A stretch of DNA of 64,000 nt from Mobula birostris (Eukaryota): contig NC_092370.1 in the NCBI RefSeq assembly GCF_030028105.1, forward strand, positions 126,382,221 through 126,446,220, in the 5' to 3' direction. The notes beneath the pieces are model-generated. The model worked only from the letters and a program-made list of their open reading frames with translations. It did no database searches and had not been told where the DNA came from. Below are positions 36,838 through 49,329 of the stretch, piece after piece. Position numbers and translations under genes: made by a program. Position 1 is the first letter of the stretch, and every line of letters starts with the position of its first letter.

Positions 36838-38430
36838 ACTGGACTTCATTAAAACAGTTGTAGATGAGGTTGTCCCACAAAATTACTCAGAGTCTTTCCC
36901 AACCAGAAGCCCTGCATGTACCATAAGATCTGCAATCTGCTGAAGGCCAGATCAGAGGCATTCAAGTCTTGTGATCAAGAAAGGTACAACAGGTCCAGGT
37001 ACAATCTCCAGAAAGCTATCTCATGGGTGAAGTGGCAATTCCAGACCAAACTTCAATCAACAAAGGATGCTTGACAGTTGTGGCAGGGCTTGAATGCTAC
37101 CTCCTCTTATACAGTTAAATCAAGTGACATAGGTGACAACAGGACTTTATTTCCAAATGAACTCAATGCCTTCCATGCTTGCTTTGGAGGAACATGGAGG
37201 AACCATCATGAACACCCACAGCCCCAGATAATCTTGTGATTTCAGTCTCTGAGGGTGACGTGCAAGCTGTCTTCAAGAGAATGATCCCATGAACAGTATC
37301 TGGCACAGATGGGGTACCTGGTCAAGTATGAAAGACCTGTGCTGATCAGCCGGCTGGTGTGTTCACTGAGAAGTTTAACCTTTTGCTTTGGCAATCTGAG
37401 GTACCCACCAGACTTCACTTATACCACTGCGCCTAAGAAGAACATGGTAAACTGCCTCAATGACTACTATGCATTTCTATTTACATCCACTGTGATAAAG
37501 TGTTTTGAGAGGCTGGTACTGAAACTATCAATTCCTCCCGAATGGACTTGGATTTGCTCCAATTTGACTACCGACACAACAGGTCCACAGCAGATGCCTT
37601 CTCATTGGCTCTTCACTAAACCCTGGAACATTTGGACAGCAAAGATGCATACATCAGGATGCTCTTCATTGACTACAGCTCAGCATTCAATAACATCATC
37701 CCCTCAAAACTAATCAATAAGCTTCAAGTCGTTGGTCTCAATACCTCTGTGAGCAACTAGATCCTCAGTTTCCTGCAGACTCCAGTCAGTTCGGATTGTC
37801 AACAACATCTCCTCCTCCACAATCTTGAGGTGCACTGCCAGGATCTGTGCTTAGCCCCACTTATGACTGTGTGGCTAAGCACAGCTCCAATTCCATATTC
37901 AAGTTTACTGACAACACCACCATTGTAGGCTGAATCAAAGGTGGTGCCAAATCAGCATATAGGAGGGAGATTGAAAATCCGACTCAGTGGTACTACAACA
38001 ACAACCTCTTACTCAATGTCAGCAACACCAATGAGTTGTTTTTTGACTTCAGGAGGACGAAACCAGTGGTCCATGAGCAAGCAACACACATAAAAGTTGC
38101 TGGTGAATGCAGCAGGCCAGGTAGCACCTCTTCCTAGAGATGCTGCCTGGCCTGCTGCGTTCACCAGCAACTTTTATGTGTGTTGTTTGAATTTCCAGCA
38201 TCTGCAGAATTCCTGTTTGCGTTTAAGGTCCATGAGCAAGTCCTCATTAGAGGGTCAGAATTGGAAAGAGTCAGCAATTTTAAAATCCCTGGTGTTATCA
38301 TTTCAGAGGACCTGTCCTGGTCCCAGCACTTAAGTGCAATTATGAAGAAAGCACAGGAGTGCCTCTACTTCCTTAAGAGCTTGTAAAGATTTGGCATTAC
38401 ATCTAAAACTTTGACAGACTTCTACAGATG
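36838..38430 (+). mobile_element. Rex1/Babar LINE, RT region, degenerate
   Basis: CLNDYY...[65 protein letters not shown]. Confidence 0.9.
38082..38226. mobile_element. 145 bp inverted PLE-tail insertion forming a 45 bp hairpin
   Basis: Arms 38082-38126 and 38141-38185; perfect 14 bp TSD GGTCCATGAGCAAG at 38068-38081 and 38227-38240. Confidence 0.92.
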
Positions 38431-38807
38431 TCCATGAGATTAATCTCAGGAACACTAAAATCCACACCTGTCCAATGGCTCCCAACATAAGCAGAATAGC
38501 ATCCCCGGAGATCCATAGAAGAGCAGCTTTGGCAAAATTCTACAAGCGTATCCAAAATATGCCCAACAACATCCCAGTTCATAAAGTCATTGAAAATGCT
38601 CCTCCAGCTTCCCGGCTCAAATCCCAAAAGCCTTTCCACATCTTGAAAAACCTCGACTCCTATAACGAACACACTGAATGGAGCCAATGCTGGCACACCA
38701 ACATGCCCCCCACCCCCCAGCGGAAATCTGATTGACGACCCCATCTTACTCCTCCTGGACTTTACTACAGCTACCAGATAAAAACTGGGCAACTGCAAAC
38801 AGACTCT
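38430..38807 (+). mobile_element. Vingi/Ingi-type (I-group) LINE C-terminal fragment
   Basis: SMRLISGTLKSTPVQWLP...IASPEIHRRAA...RLKSQKPF...WATANRL, matching the Vingi post-RT region. Confidence 0.75.
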
Positions 38808-39895
38808 AGATAGATAGGTTCTTGATTAGCCAGGGCATCAAGGGGTGAAAGCAGGGGGGTGGGGACAGCTGGAAGAATTGGAACAGCCAATGATTGAATG
38901 GCGGAGCAGACTCGATGGGCCAAATGGCCTCCTTCTGATCCTGTATCTTATGGTCTTATGGACTCTGAAGTCGACATGCCAAAACAGCACAAGCACTACA
39001 CCGGTGGGGCACCCGACAAACCCCAGCTTGGCTCTGCAGAGGTATTTAAAATGTCCTTCATTTCAGGTGAGGTGCCAGAGGATTGGGTGTTAGCTAATGT
39101 TGTTCTGTTGTTCAAGAAAGGCTCCAAGAATAAGTTGGGAAATCATAGGTTTTTGAGACTGATTTCAGTAGTGAGCAAATTCCTGAAAGGGACAGGGTAG
39201 AAAAGTATTTGGATAGAGAAGGAATGATTAGGAATAGTCAACATGGCTTTGTGCTTGGTAGGTCATTTCTAATCAATCCTATAAAGCTTTCCTTTTCCTA
39301 ACACCATCACACATTATCTCTCGGGCCACATTACTTTGCCTCCCTCAAAATTTTGGGAGTGTTCCTTTTCAGGTTGTGGCACTGCATTCTCCATAATGTT
39401 ATTTTCTTTATCTCATTAGTCTTCACCAGACCTGTAATCCCGTAGGATCTTCCCACTCTTTCAATTCTGGTGAAGAAGACTTGTAAGTTTTTTTTCCATT
39501 CCCTCACCGTCTGTCACACCTGAGCTGATTCTTTCTTTGTTCTGTTCAATTAATCTCACTCTTCTGCTTTTGTCTTTGGTTCAAGTAACTATCCAATTTT
39601 GAAAACTAGAAGGCATTCATTTAAGATGGGAAAATGAAAATTTAAGGGAGACATGCTGGACAAGTTTTTTTCCCAGAGCTGTGAATGCCTGGAATGGCTG
39701 CCCATTGGGATGGGTGGTAGTGGAGGCAGATGTAACAGAAGCATTTAAGAGACAGGCACATAAATATTCAGACATTGGAGAAATAGGAATCATGTGCAGG
39801 CAGAAGTGATCAGGTGCCATCAGATCAATTAGTTTAACACAATATTTTGGGCCAAATAATCTGTTCCTGGGTTGTGCTGTTTCATGCTCTATGTT
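38808..39895 (+). mobile_element. CR1 fragments (38808-38960, 39035-39290, 39615-39895)
   Basis: 3' tail TCTTATGGTCTTATGG; SGEVPEDWVLANVVLLFKKG; RAVNAWNG. Confidence 0.75.
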
Positions 39896-40828
39896 CTGTC
39901 CCAATCAGTGGCTCGCCCCCTTAATCTTCCAAGTTTTTTCACTACCAACAAACCACAAGTTCAGCAGCACACATACATGATTCTCAGCAGATCAGGTAGC
40001 ATCTATGGAGGGGAATAAACAGTCACCATTTCGGGCTGAGACCCTTCATGAAGATAAGTTCAGGGGTGACATGGAATACTCCACCTCCCTGCACAAGGGC
40101 TCTCATTCAGAACAAAGTAGCCCACATGATTTGTACTCCACCTTAACCTTTCACTACGGGCACCAATGACACACTCTAACGGCAGAGTGTACCATCTACA
40201 AAACGTATTGCAGTTACCCACCCAGAACATCCTGGCTGCATAGCACAATAATGCAAAATATTGCAGGTATTGGAATTCCGCAATCTGTACAAAAAACCTG
40301 TGGAGAAACTGAAATCAGTAGAGTTAGTGAAGACAAAAATAAAAATAACATTTAAGGTGCTTCTTTACCTCCTGAAACATACTTTTGCTAATCTGTTCTG
40401 GTAAATTATTGATAAAGTTTTCCTGATAACTACAAAGCACCTTGGAATGCTTTGTAATTGAAAGAAGAATTGCTCACTCAAGCTGCAATTGTAGAATTAA
40501 GTATTTGGGATGTGATCCTAGGAACTTAATCCGGAAAATCAAATGATGCAAAGGAATTTCAATTAAAAGAGGAATGCATTTCTGTCACCTGTAATTTAAA
40601 GCAGCCTTGAACTCATTGTCTGCTGCTTTGCTATTTATAACATTTTCACGTCTGCTGCTTTAGCTAATACATCTGTACAGTCTAAGCCTCAAATGATTGT
40701 TCCTATCCAGATGCCATGGTCTGAGTACACCATATCCTCATTGTCTGAAGGTAATAAGGTAAATAATGTTGGTTTTGAGCCCTGACAATAAATCAAAGTC
40801 GAACTTATTGTCATATGCTCAAGTACGT

Positions 40829-41113
40829 TGTCAGGTGAAGTAGAAGAGGCTTGACGCAAAGGTAGAACAGCTGAGGTGGTATTTTACTAATTAACTGCGA
40901 AATAAAAAGCCACAAGGGGTCACAGAACATGAGAGAGCAGATACTTAACATGACACGGCAACAAGGTATCTGAAGGCTAGGAGCAACTGGTTGATGCTTG
41001 CTGGTTCAATGGGTGATCAAAGGACTGTGGATTACAGCTGGAAATGAGTGGCAGGTGACTCCTGTTTGCTGGGTGGATACTGGGAGGTGCCAGCCTGTGT
41101 GGCAGGCCCAACA
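40829..41113 (-). repeat. Gypsy 3' LTR
   Basis: Direct repeat of 46596-46909, e.g. shared CTGAAGGCTAGGAGCAACTGGTTGA and CAAAGGACTGTGGATTA. Confidence 0.85.
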
Positions 41114-42188
41114 GGGATACCATTCCCTCCACCAATCACAGCAGGTACCCAATGACCAGAACAAACCTGATGGGTCTGGTGGAACTCCTTGAAGTGTGAT
41201 AGATCCAAGATGAAGCTGGACGGCACCCTAGACTTCTTTTCCAGGGTTTACCTTTTCCAGTTGACCAGGTTCTGCACACCCCATTTACAATTATGTGAAT
41301 CCATCATCCGGCAAACTGTGTGCACTGGATGACCCTCCACCATCTTTGGTTCTGGAGATGCAGGCTCAGGTGGGTTAAATAGCCCATGGACAATGGGTTT
41401 GAGGCAGGGCATATGGAAGTTAGGTGTAATCCTGAGGGACAGTGGAAGCAGGGGACATTAAATGACTGGGTTGATGCGATGGTTAATCTTAAAGGGAACA
41501 ATGAACCAGGGACGAGAGGTTGTGGGAGTTGGTGGACAACCAGACACGGTCCTCAGCTCAGAGAATGTATGGGCTCTTACCCTGGTGGCAATGGGCATGG
41601 TTGGCAGCTAAGATGGCCCTCCGTGGTCTCTTCCGAGCATTCCGACATTGGTAAGCCAGGGCCTTGGTGGATGGAACCTCCACCGTTGACTATTCCATGG
41701 GGAACCATGGGGAACCATGGGGATTCATATCCATGAAGCACTTCAAAGGGTGACAAACCTGTGGCAGCGGAGGTATGTAGACTGTGGAACAGTTCAGCCC
41801 AAAGCAGATACCTCTTCCATGTGGAAGAGTTAGAAGTGGCAAAACATCACAGAGATTTCTCCACTCGCTGATTGGCTCTTTCTGATTGTTAAATTGGTCT
41901 GCCGATGATAGTCAGAGGACAAACTCAGTGAGGTGCAGAGGAAGGAGCAGAAGGCTAGCCAAGAGCGGCAGATGAATTATAGCCCCCTCCCACCCACCCC
42001 GTCCACCACAACATACTGAGGGGAACCGTAGAGCCAAACCGTATGTTGGAGAACCATACTCACCTTCTCAGCGGATGACGAAGTTTGTTAAGTGCAATGA
42101 AGTGGGCTGCCTTGGAGAATCAGTCCACCACAGTCTTGATCACTGTGGCCTATCAGAAGGTGGCAAACATGTGATGCAATCGATGGTG

Positions 42189-42812
42189 ATAGAACATAGG
42201 ACATAGAATAGAACAGCACAGTACAGGCCCTTCGGCCCACATTGTTGTGCCGACCCTCAAACCCCGCCTCCCATATAACACCCCGCCTTAAATTCCTCCA
42301 TATACCTGTCTAGTAGTCTCTTAAATTTCACTGGTGTATCTGCCTCCACCACTGACTCAGGCAGTGTATTCCATGCACGAACCACTCAAAAAAAAACCTT
42401 CCTCTAATATCCCCCTTGAACTTCCCACCCATTACCTTAAAGCCATGTCCTTTTGTAGTGAGCAGTGGTGCCCTGGGGAAGAGGTGTTGGCTATCCATTC
42501 TATCTATTCCTCTTATTATCTTGTACACCTCTATCATGTCTCCTCTCATTCTCCTTCTCTCCAAAGAGTAAAGCCCTAGCTCCCTTAATCTCTGATCATA
42601 ATCCATACTCTCTAAACCAGGCAGCATCCTGGTAAATCTCCTCTGTACCTTTTCCAATGCTTCCACATCCTTCCTATAGTGATGCGACCAGAACTCGACA
42701 CAGTACTTCAAGTGTGGCCTAACCAGAGTTTTACAGAGCTGCATCATTACCTCACGACTCTTAAACTCTATCCCTCGACTTATGAAAGCTGACACCCCAT
42801 AAGCTTTCTTAT
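42189..42812 (-). mobile_element. CR1 3' fragment nested in the Gypsy integrase
   Basis: KKAYGVSAFISRGIEFKSREVM...LVRPHLKYCVEFWS; (ATAGA)-type tail at the left. Confidence 0.9.
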
Positions 42813-44181
42813 AGGGTATCAACATGGGACCACGGGTGTTCTGGGAAACAGTAGAGACTGTTGGAGCCCAAAGGGCTGCTGGTTGGAGGAACTGCACTGG
42901 GCACATTGAGGGCAGGCAGCGGCGAACTGATGTACATTTGTGATCATGGTGGGCCACTGGAACTGGGATCGCAGAAAATCCAAGAGTCCGTCGTAGACTT
43001 GATGGTTGGAGAGGGGTGAGGAGGGACAAAGGGCCTGGTCCTTTGGCAAGAGACCATTACACCTGCTGCCCACACACTGCCTAACCTCTTACAACATATG
43101 TGATTCCGTTAACACCTTGATGCCTGTGTAACACATGAAGCATAAAGCCAGCATCAATGATTAACTGCACATTCACACTTGCTGCTATTTGGTCTGTCCC
43201 TGACACTCAGGGTACCTAATGATACTGTCATTAGTACAGAAAATGTAACATGGAAGAAGGAAAGAAAGAGGTGTGGGTGATAGAGGGAGAAGCAGTAAGT
43301 GGCTGAGGGAGGGTTGTTAAGGAGAATCAATGCAAAGAGAGTGACACTGGGATAAAAGATCAGCCATCAACTGGCAGGGTGTTTGGGCATGCGTGAGGGG
43401 TAGCAGGAGGGGGAGAGGAGAGGGCGGGGAGCAGGAGCAGAAAGAGAGAGAGAGCAGGAAGGAGAGAGGGAGAGTGGGAAGGAAGGAGATGGGGAGGAGG
43501 TGGGAGAATGAGGAGTAAGAGTGGGAGGTGGAGAGGGATGGGAAGAGAAGATGGAATGATGGGCCTCCATTTTGACTGGGTCAAACTGTCATGACAGGAC
43601 GTCCAGCTCAGTGTTCGTAAGGCTGCTTCGGTAAGAGTTGAATTGCTTGAAGAAGAGGACCCAGCATCCCTGATATAGGTTGAGTTGGTGGGCCCAATTT
43701 ATGGATAGGAGGTTCTGTTGGTCCCATCAACCGTTGGCTTCATTCTCCCAAGGCTCATTTAATGGAAAGTAGCTGCCTGACTTCTACTCCATAATGCTGC
43801 TGTGCAGAGTTGAACTTGTACAAGAAGAAGGCACTAGGGTGTGTCCTTCCCGTCTGGTCCTCACTGGAAAAGGATGACTCCAGTGCCCACATCAGATGCA
43901 TCCACTCCTACTGCAAAAGGTCTGCATGTGTTTGGACGATGGAGAATGGGAGCAGTGGTGAAGCATCTCTTGAGCACTTTGAAAATAAGGTCTGCAGCAG
44001 CAGACCAGGTCATCTGTGAGGTAGGTGATTTGGTGAGAGAAGCAGTGATTTGGCTGCAGTTCCTGATGAAATGAAATGGTGGTAAGGTTGGAGAAGCCCA
44101 AGAGTTGTTGTAGCTGTTCGAGGGAGCGCAGTCGGGGCCATTCAATGATGATGCACACTTTCTCCGGGTCCATGGTTATCG

Positions 44182-44665
44182 TAAGACCTAGGAGCAGAAT
44201 TAGGCCATTGGGTTACCGCATCTGCTCTGCCATTTCATCATGGCTGATCCCATTTTCCTCTCAGCCCCAATCTCCTGCCTTCTCCCCGTATCCCTTCAAG
44301 CCCTGACCAATCAAGAATCTATCAACCTCTGCTTTAAATATACATACAGACTTGGCCTCCACAGCTGCCTGTGGCAAAGAATTCCACAGGTTCACCACCC
44401 TCTGGCTAAAGAAATTCTTTCTCATCTCCATTCTAAAAGGGCACGTTTCTATGCTGAGGTTGTGTCCTCTGGACTCTCCCACCACAGGAAACATCCTCTC
44501 CACATCCACCCTATCAAGGCCTTTCACCATTTGATAGGTTTCAATGAAGTCACACCTTATTCTTCTGAATTCTAGCGAATACAGGCCCAGAGCCATCAAA
44601 CATGCGTCATGTGATAAGCCATTCAATCCTGGAATCATTTTCGTGAACCTCCTTTGAACCCTCTC
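44182..44665 (-). mobile_element. CR1 3' fragment nested in the Gypsy RT
   Basis: MIPGLNGLS...LGLYSLEFRR...FFSQRVVNLWNSLPQAAVEA. Confidence 0.9.
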
Positions 44666-46595
44666 ATGTCTCAGAGGATGTCATTGGTGAAGGCTAGAAA
44701 AATGGCTAGACTGCTGTTGGAACGTCTGAAAGGCATCACTAGGTATTCATAATGACCAGTGGGTGTCTTGAATGCTCTGTTCCACTCATCTGGCTGGTGC
44801 AGATTAGTTTGTACCAGCTCCGTATATTCAGTTTGGTGAAAATCTGGGCTCTGCAGAGCATCTCGAATGCATTAACCATCAAGGGCAGAGGGCAACAGTT
44901 CTTAACTGTGATCTTGTTGAGTCCACTGTAGTTGATGCAGTTACAGAGACCCCATAATTGTTTCAGACAAAGAAGAATGCCACACCGGATGGGGGCAGAG
45001 ATGGTCAAATGAAACTGTGCTACAGCGCTTTGGCGATGTAGTCTTTCATGGGTCTCAGGAGGGGAGAGAGAGAACAGACGACCTTGAGGGGGAGGTAGTG
45101 CCCGGGAGGAGGTTGATTGCAGAGTCGTATGGTCTGTGGTCGAAGGGTGCTGGCCTCCCTTTTAATGATGGTGATGACGCTGTCATGGTATTCCTGTGGG
45201 AGTTGGGTGAGGAGGAGAGTTTTCTCCATCTCCACTGAATTACAGGGTGAGCCAACTGAGATTGCAGGCAGGTAGTCCAGCAGGTGGGGCCCCCACAGCA
45301 GTGAACTGGATGACCAGGCAAAGTGAGGGTTGTGAGTGGAGGGCCAGAGTTAACTCAAGATGAGAGGAGTGTTTGGGTAAGTTGATGAGGAGGAATTGAA
45401 TGGACTTGTGGTGCTTTCCGATGATCATGTGCACAGGCCCTGTGTGCGCTCTGACTGTCCCTAACTGCAACGATGTCTGTCCAGGGCTGTGATCCAGAAG
45501 GAGCGAGAGATAGGCTCATTAGGGAAGCCGAGCTGTATGGACAGAGTCCGGTCCGGAAAGTTGTCTATTGTGGCAGAATCTGCCAGAGCCTCCTGTGTGC
45601 ATAGAGCCATTGTGGTGTGGAGGAAGACAGAGAAAACGAGTCGAGCTATGGTGCTAGGACAAAGGGGCAGGGGGAGCTTACCAGATGGAAGGCCTCTCGT
45701 CTCTGCCTGGTGGTGCTGTTTTGCTGGATGCAGTGGGCATTTGATGCACAAGTGATTGGTGTCTCCACAGTAGGAGCACAAATTGTTTCTTCAACTCTGC
45801 TCATGCCTTTTTTTTTGTGGGGGTGGGGTTGGTTTAAAAGAACTCTATCTCTACCTGCATAGGCTCTGGAGGCAATGATGATGAGGGTCCTGCACCCCGA
45901 AGTGGTTCTGGGAATGGAAATGGGGTCCTGGCAGGTAATCTGGGGGGTTGTTCCACAAGATGCTTGTCAATTCAGACAGACAGAGTGATGATGCTTTCGA
46001 GGTCAGTGGTAGACAGCTGGTTCCTCAAGCACTCTGAGGGGCCGTGGTGGTAATGGGACTGCAGCACTTCCACTTTCCAGCTCCACTCTGCTGGGGGGGT
46101 CCTGAATTCCAGCTGTGAGCATGAGCTCTGACACAGGTGAGGCATCCATTCCACTGCCCCCGCTTACTGGATGGTCGAAAACCCGCCACATCTCAGCGGT
46201 GAATTCCTGACGCTCACTACAAATGGTGGTCTTACTGTCCCAGTTAGCGGTGGCCCAGGACAGAGCTCGCCCAGTCAGGAGAGAGATGTCGAAGGCGATT
46301 TTGGCTGGGTTGTTAAAATACAGAGACGGCTGGAACTCGAAGTGGAAGATGCAGTTGGACAGAAACCCGTGGCATCGGATTGGGGATCGATCAAAGCATT
46401 AGGGCACCAGAGTGTGGGGCTCTGAAGGAGAAGATGGACTGGTGCGGCATTGCTGAATCAAGACGGGGAGCTGGGGGAGAGTGGCGAGCAGATGGTCAAT
46501 GGTTTCTTACTACTTGAGGATAATGCACTCCTGTCAATGGATGAATTCCTTTCGGCGAGCCTACTCTATTGGGTCAATTTCTGGTTCACGCATCC

Positions 46596-46909
46596 TGTCA
46601 GGAGATGTAGTGGAAGCTTGACCCAAAAGCAGAGCAGCGGAGATGACTTAGCAGTGAGCGATATTTTCCTAATAAACTACAAAATAACAAGCCAAGAGGG
46701 GCCATAAAACAAGAGAGAACAGATACTTAACACAACATGACAACTGAAGGCTAGGAGCAACTGGTTGACGCTGGCTGGTTTGGTGGGTGAACAAAGGACT
46801 GTGGATTAGAGCAGGGTTTAAATAGGCTGCAGGTGATGAATTGGAAGTGAATGGCAGTTTACTCCTGATAGCTGGGTGGAGACTGGAAGGTGCCTGCCTG
46901 TGCAGCAGG
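46596..46909 (-). repeat. Gypsy 5' LTR
   Basis: Begins TGTCAGG on the plus strand; TATA-like CTATTTAAA on the minus strand; adjacent to a degenerate gag start. Confidence 0.85.
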
Positions 46910-47430
46910 TGCAATTAAAAAGCATAGTTGCAGAAGCATCTCAGGCACATAGCAACGGATACACAACATTCACAGAAAAAAGGTAAAGGGCACATCACTT
47001 TTACAAGAATGAGCAGGATAGAAACAAAGAAAAATAAATTCTATTGAAGTGCAAAGTGATTTACGTGGTCACAATGTTGCTATATTGAAGTAGTGATTAG
47101 GGCTGTGCAGTTTGGTTCAAGAAATGAATGACTGAAAGAAAATAGCTTTTCTTGAACCTAGTGCCATGGGATTTCAGGCTCCTGTATTTCCTGCCTGAAT
47201 GTACCTGCAAGACTATGGCATAGCCCGGATAGTGGGGATCTTTGAATTATGGATGTTGTCTTCCTGAGGCAGCGGCTCCTAGAAATATTACTGATGGTGG
47301 GGTGGGATATGTCTGTGTTGTATTGGGCTGAGTCCACAATTCTGTACAGCTTCTTACATTTCCATGCATTCGAATTGCTGTAACAGACCACGATACAACC
47401 AGTCGGGATACTCTCATCTGTACATCTGCA
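46905..47430 (-). mobile_element. Rex1/Babar-type 3' fragment split by the Gypsy insertion (extreme 3' end at about 40790-40828)
   Basis: KCKKLYRIVDSAQY...SRSRCLRKTTSII; 3' UTR TTATTGTCATATGCTCAAGTAC | CAGGTGCAAT joins across the Gypsy element. Confidence 0.7.
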
Positions 47431-49329
47431 TCGGGACTGAGTACCTCAGGACCATATCACTGCTGTAGCCGGAGGAAGAAAGCTTTTGGAATCTGGCTTC
47501 CACTCAACATTCAGGCTGAAAGCTGTCCTCCATCAAACTCAAGTGCTTTATATCCTTCTTAAAACTATTTGGTCATGTGCCACTTCCTTTATTTACCAAA
47601 TCGATCCACAAACCCTCTCCTCATGGCCCCCTTCAAAATCGTTGCCCTTTACAGGAAAATAAAACTGTGAGGGAGTCCACAATATTGTAATGCTGATAGT
47701 TCACACTCTCACAATGTGCTGTGTGCTCTTGTGTATGACGATAGACCCCATGCCTTACTGCTGATTTAATAGGTTTTTTAAATGAGGGAAGCAATGATAT
47801 GGTAAACACATATAGAGCACAGTGCACCAATAGTAGATTTTTGAATTGGCTCGTCCCATTGCTTGCGCATTAATGGAATGGGTTCAGAATGGAGTATCTT
47901 TGTTTACTGCATTTCTGTCATTTTTGCAGTTTAAAATGAAGTAAATCCCTGAGGATTATGCTTGCATTGGATCTGCGAGTATCCAGTCTTTGTGTGACTG
48001 TGTTGCCATGCATAGGCTCATTGTGCTTCACAATGCAAAGCTTCAAGGAATTTAATTGAAAGTCTGTGTAAGAAATACATCTGCACACTCCAACGGCTGC
48101 ACTGGCACTGTGGAAAAATGTGGTGATTATGCAAAATTGACAACTATTAGTTATTTTATTGCTGGTTTTCAAAGAGTAAATTGTCAAAGATTTTATTTAA
48201 GGGATTGGCCAAGTATATAAATGAATGACAACAGCATGTATTTACTGAGCTTTGCCACATGTGAAGTATTCTATTGCAAATAAAAGTGTTTCCTTCAAGG
48301 GTGATTTCCTTTACACACCATAGCATGTATTTAGTAAGCCTCTTAAACTGCAGTTTAATCCACAATAAAGATTGGTAGATGCCTGCCCAGTGAAAAGGAA
48401 AACCAGTAGTTAGATGAAAAATGCTGATGGAAATACATTGACAACTGCAAGATGCGATGGCAAATGTAATAGTCAGATTGTATAATGTTAAGGGCAACTG
48501 TTCAATAACTTCAAAAGAAAAATACGCCAAGCTCGTCTGGCATGCCAATTAAGAAGCAGCACACATGGAGTCAGAGCCTGCTGAAGCCAAAATGACATCA
48601 TTAATTTTTGATATAAGTAAAGCTTTCTTGGGGGATGCAGTATACTATGAATTGAATGAAAGTTTAGGTGGCCACGATTCAAAGAATTTCACAATAAAGG
48701 AGGATATTACTTTTAGCCAGAAGCAAACCAGACAATTTGATGCAGTTATTGACACTGTCGGGCATGAAAGTTCACCAGTTTGCAAAAGTGTGTGCATTCC
48801 ACAAGGGCAGTTGGAGACAGTTTACAAATTAAACAAGAATTAAGGACTCCTTGTAAAGTCCATCTGCAAATCTGTCATTGATGATGTGTGTTACCATTTG
48901 GGAGATAAATTATGTTTTGATGATTTTTCATACTTGATGATCCTTCAGTGTAGTTTGTCTTTGTGGTAACTGTAGTAACCACCATGCTCAGACGCTATAC
49001 AATGATCTTTGCAGCGTCCTTCACTCTTCCTTTAAATTTGGTTACTTCTACCTTTAGTGTTCATCAATGATGATATAAAAACATATCTCGCCATTGTCAG
49101 CTTCTGTTTATTCATCGACTTCCAGCAAAAAATGCTGCTATGCTGTTTCCAAGACGGTCCTGTGGATCGATATTCTAAATACCACTAAACCTAAAATAAA
49201 CATAAATCAAACACCAAAACTTTCTATAAACTCATCCATGAAATTAGCATACATAGTGCAAAAGGAAGTCATATTTCCAGTGTTAAAAAAACTGCATTCC
49301 TAAGAATCTTGCAGATATCTCATTGAACA

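Larger units (their letters stand above)
40829..46909 (-). mobile_element. Near full-length degenerate chromodomain Gypsy LTR retrotransposon (sushi-like)
   Basis: Two related LTRs; gag knuckle CSYCGDTNHLCIKCP; protease ALADSAT; RT CINYSGLNKITVKNCCPLP; MDPEKV...EWP; RNase H FTTAPIL...VDASDVGTGVIL; integrase zinc region WPTM...ACPQCAQ; chromodomain remnant about 41170-41320. Confidence 0.92.

Noticed and set aside
1830-39895. Plus-strand bias of CR1 copies as evidence of a minus-strand host intron
   Set aside because: About 13 plus versus 7 minus fragments over the window is too few to be significant, and other families show no consistent bias.
42328-43029. 233 aa ORF appearing to fuse Gypsy integrase and CR1 RT
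   Set aside because: Chance read-through across a nested insertion junction; the Gypsy part is largely out of frame and degenerate.
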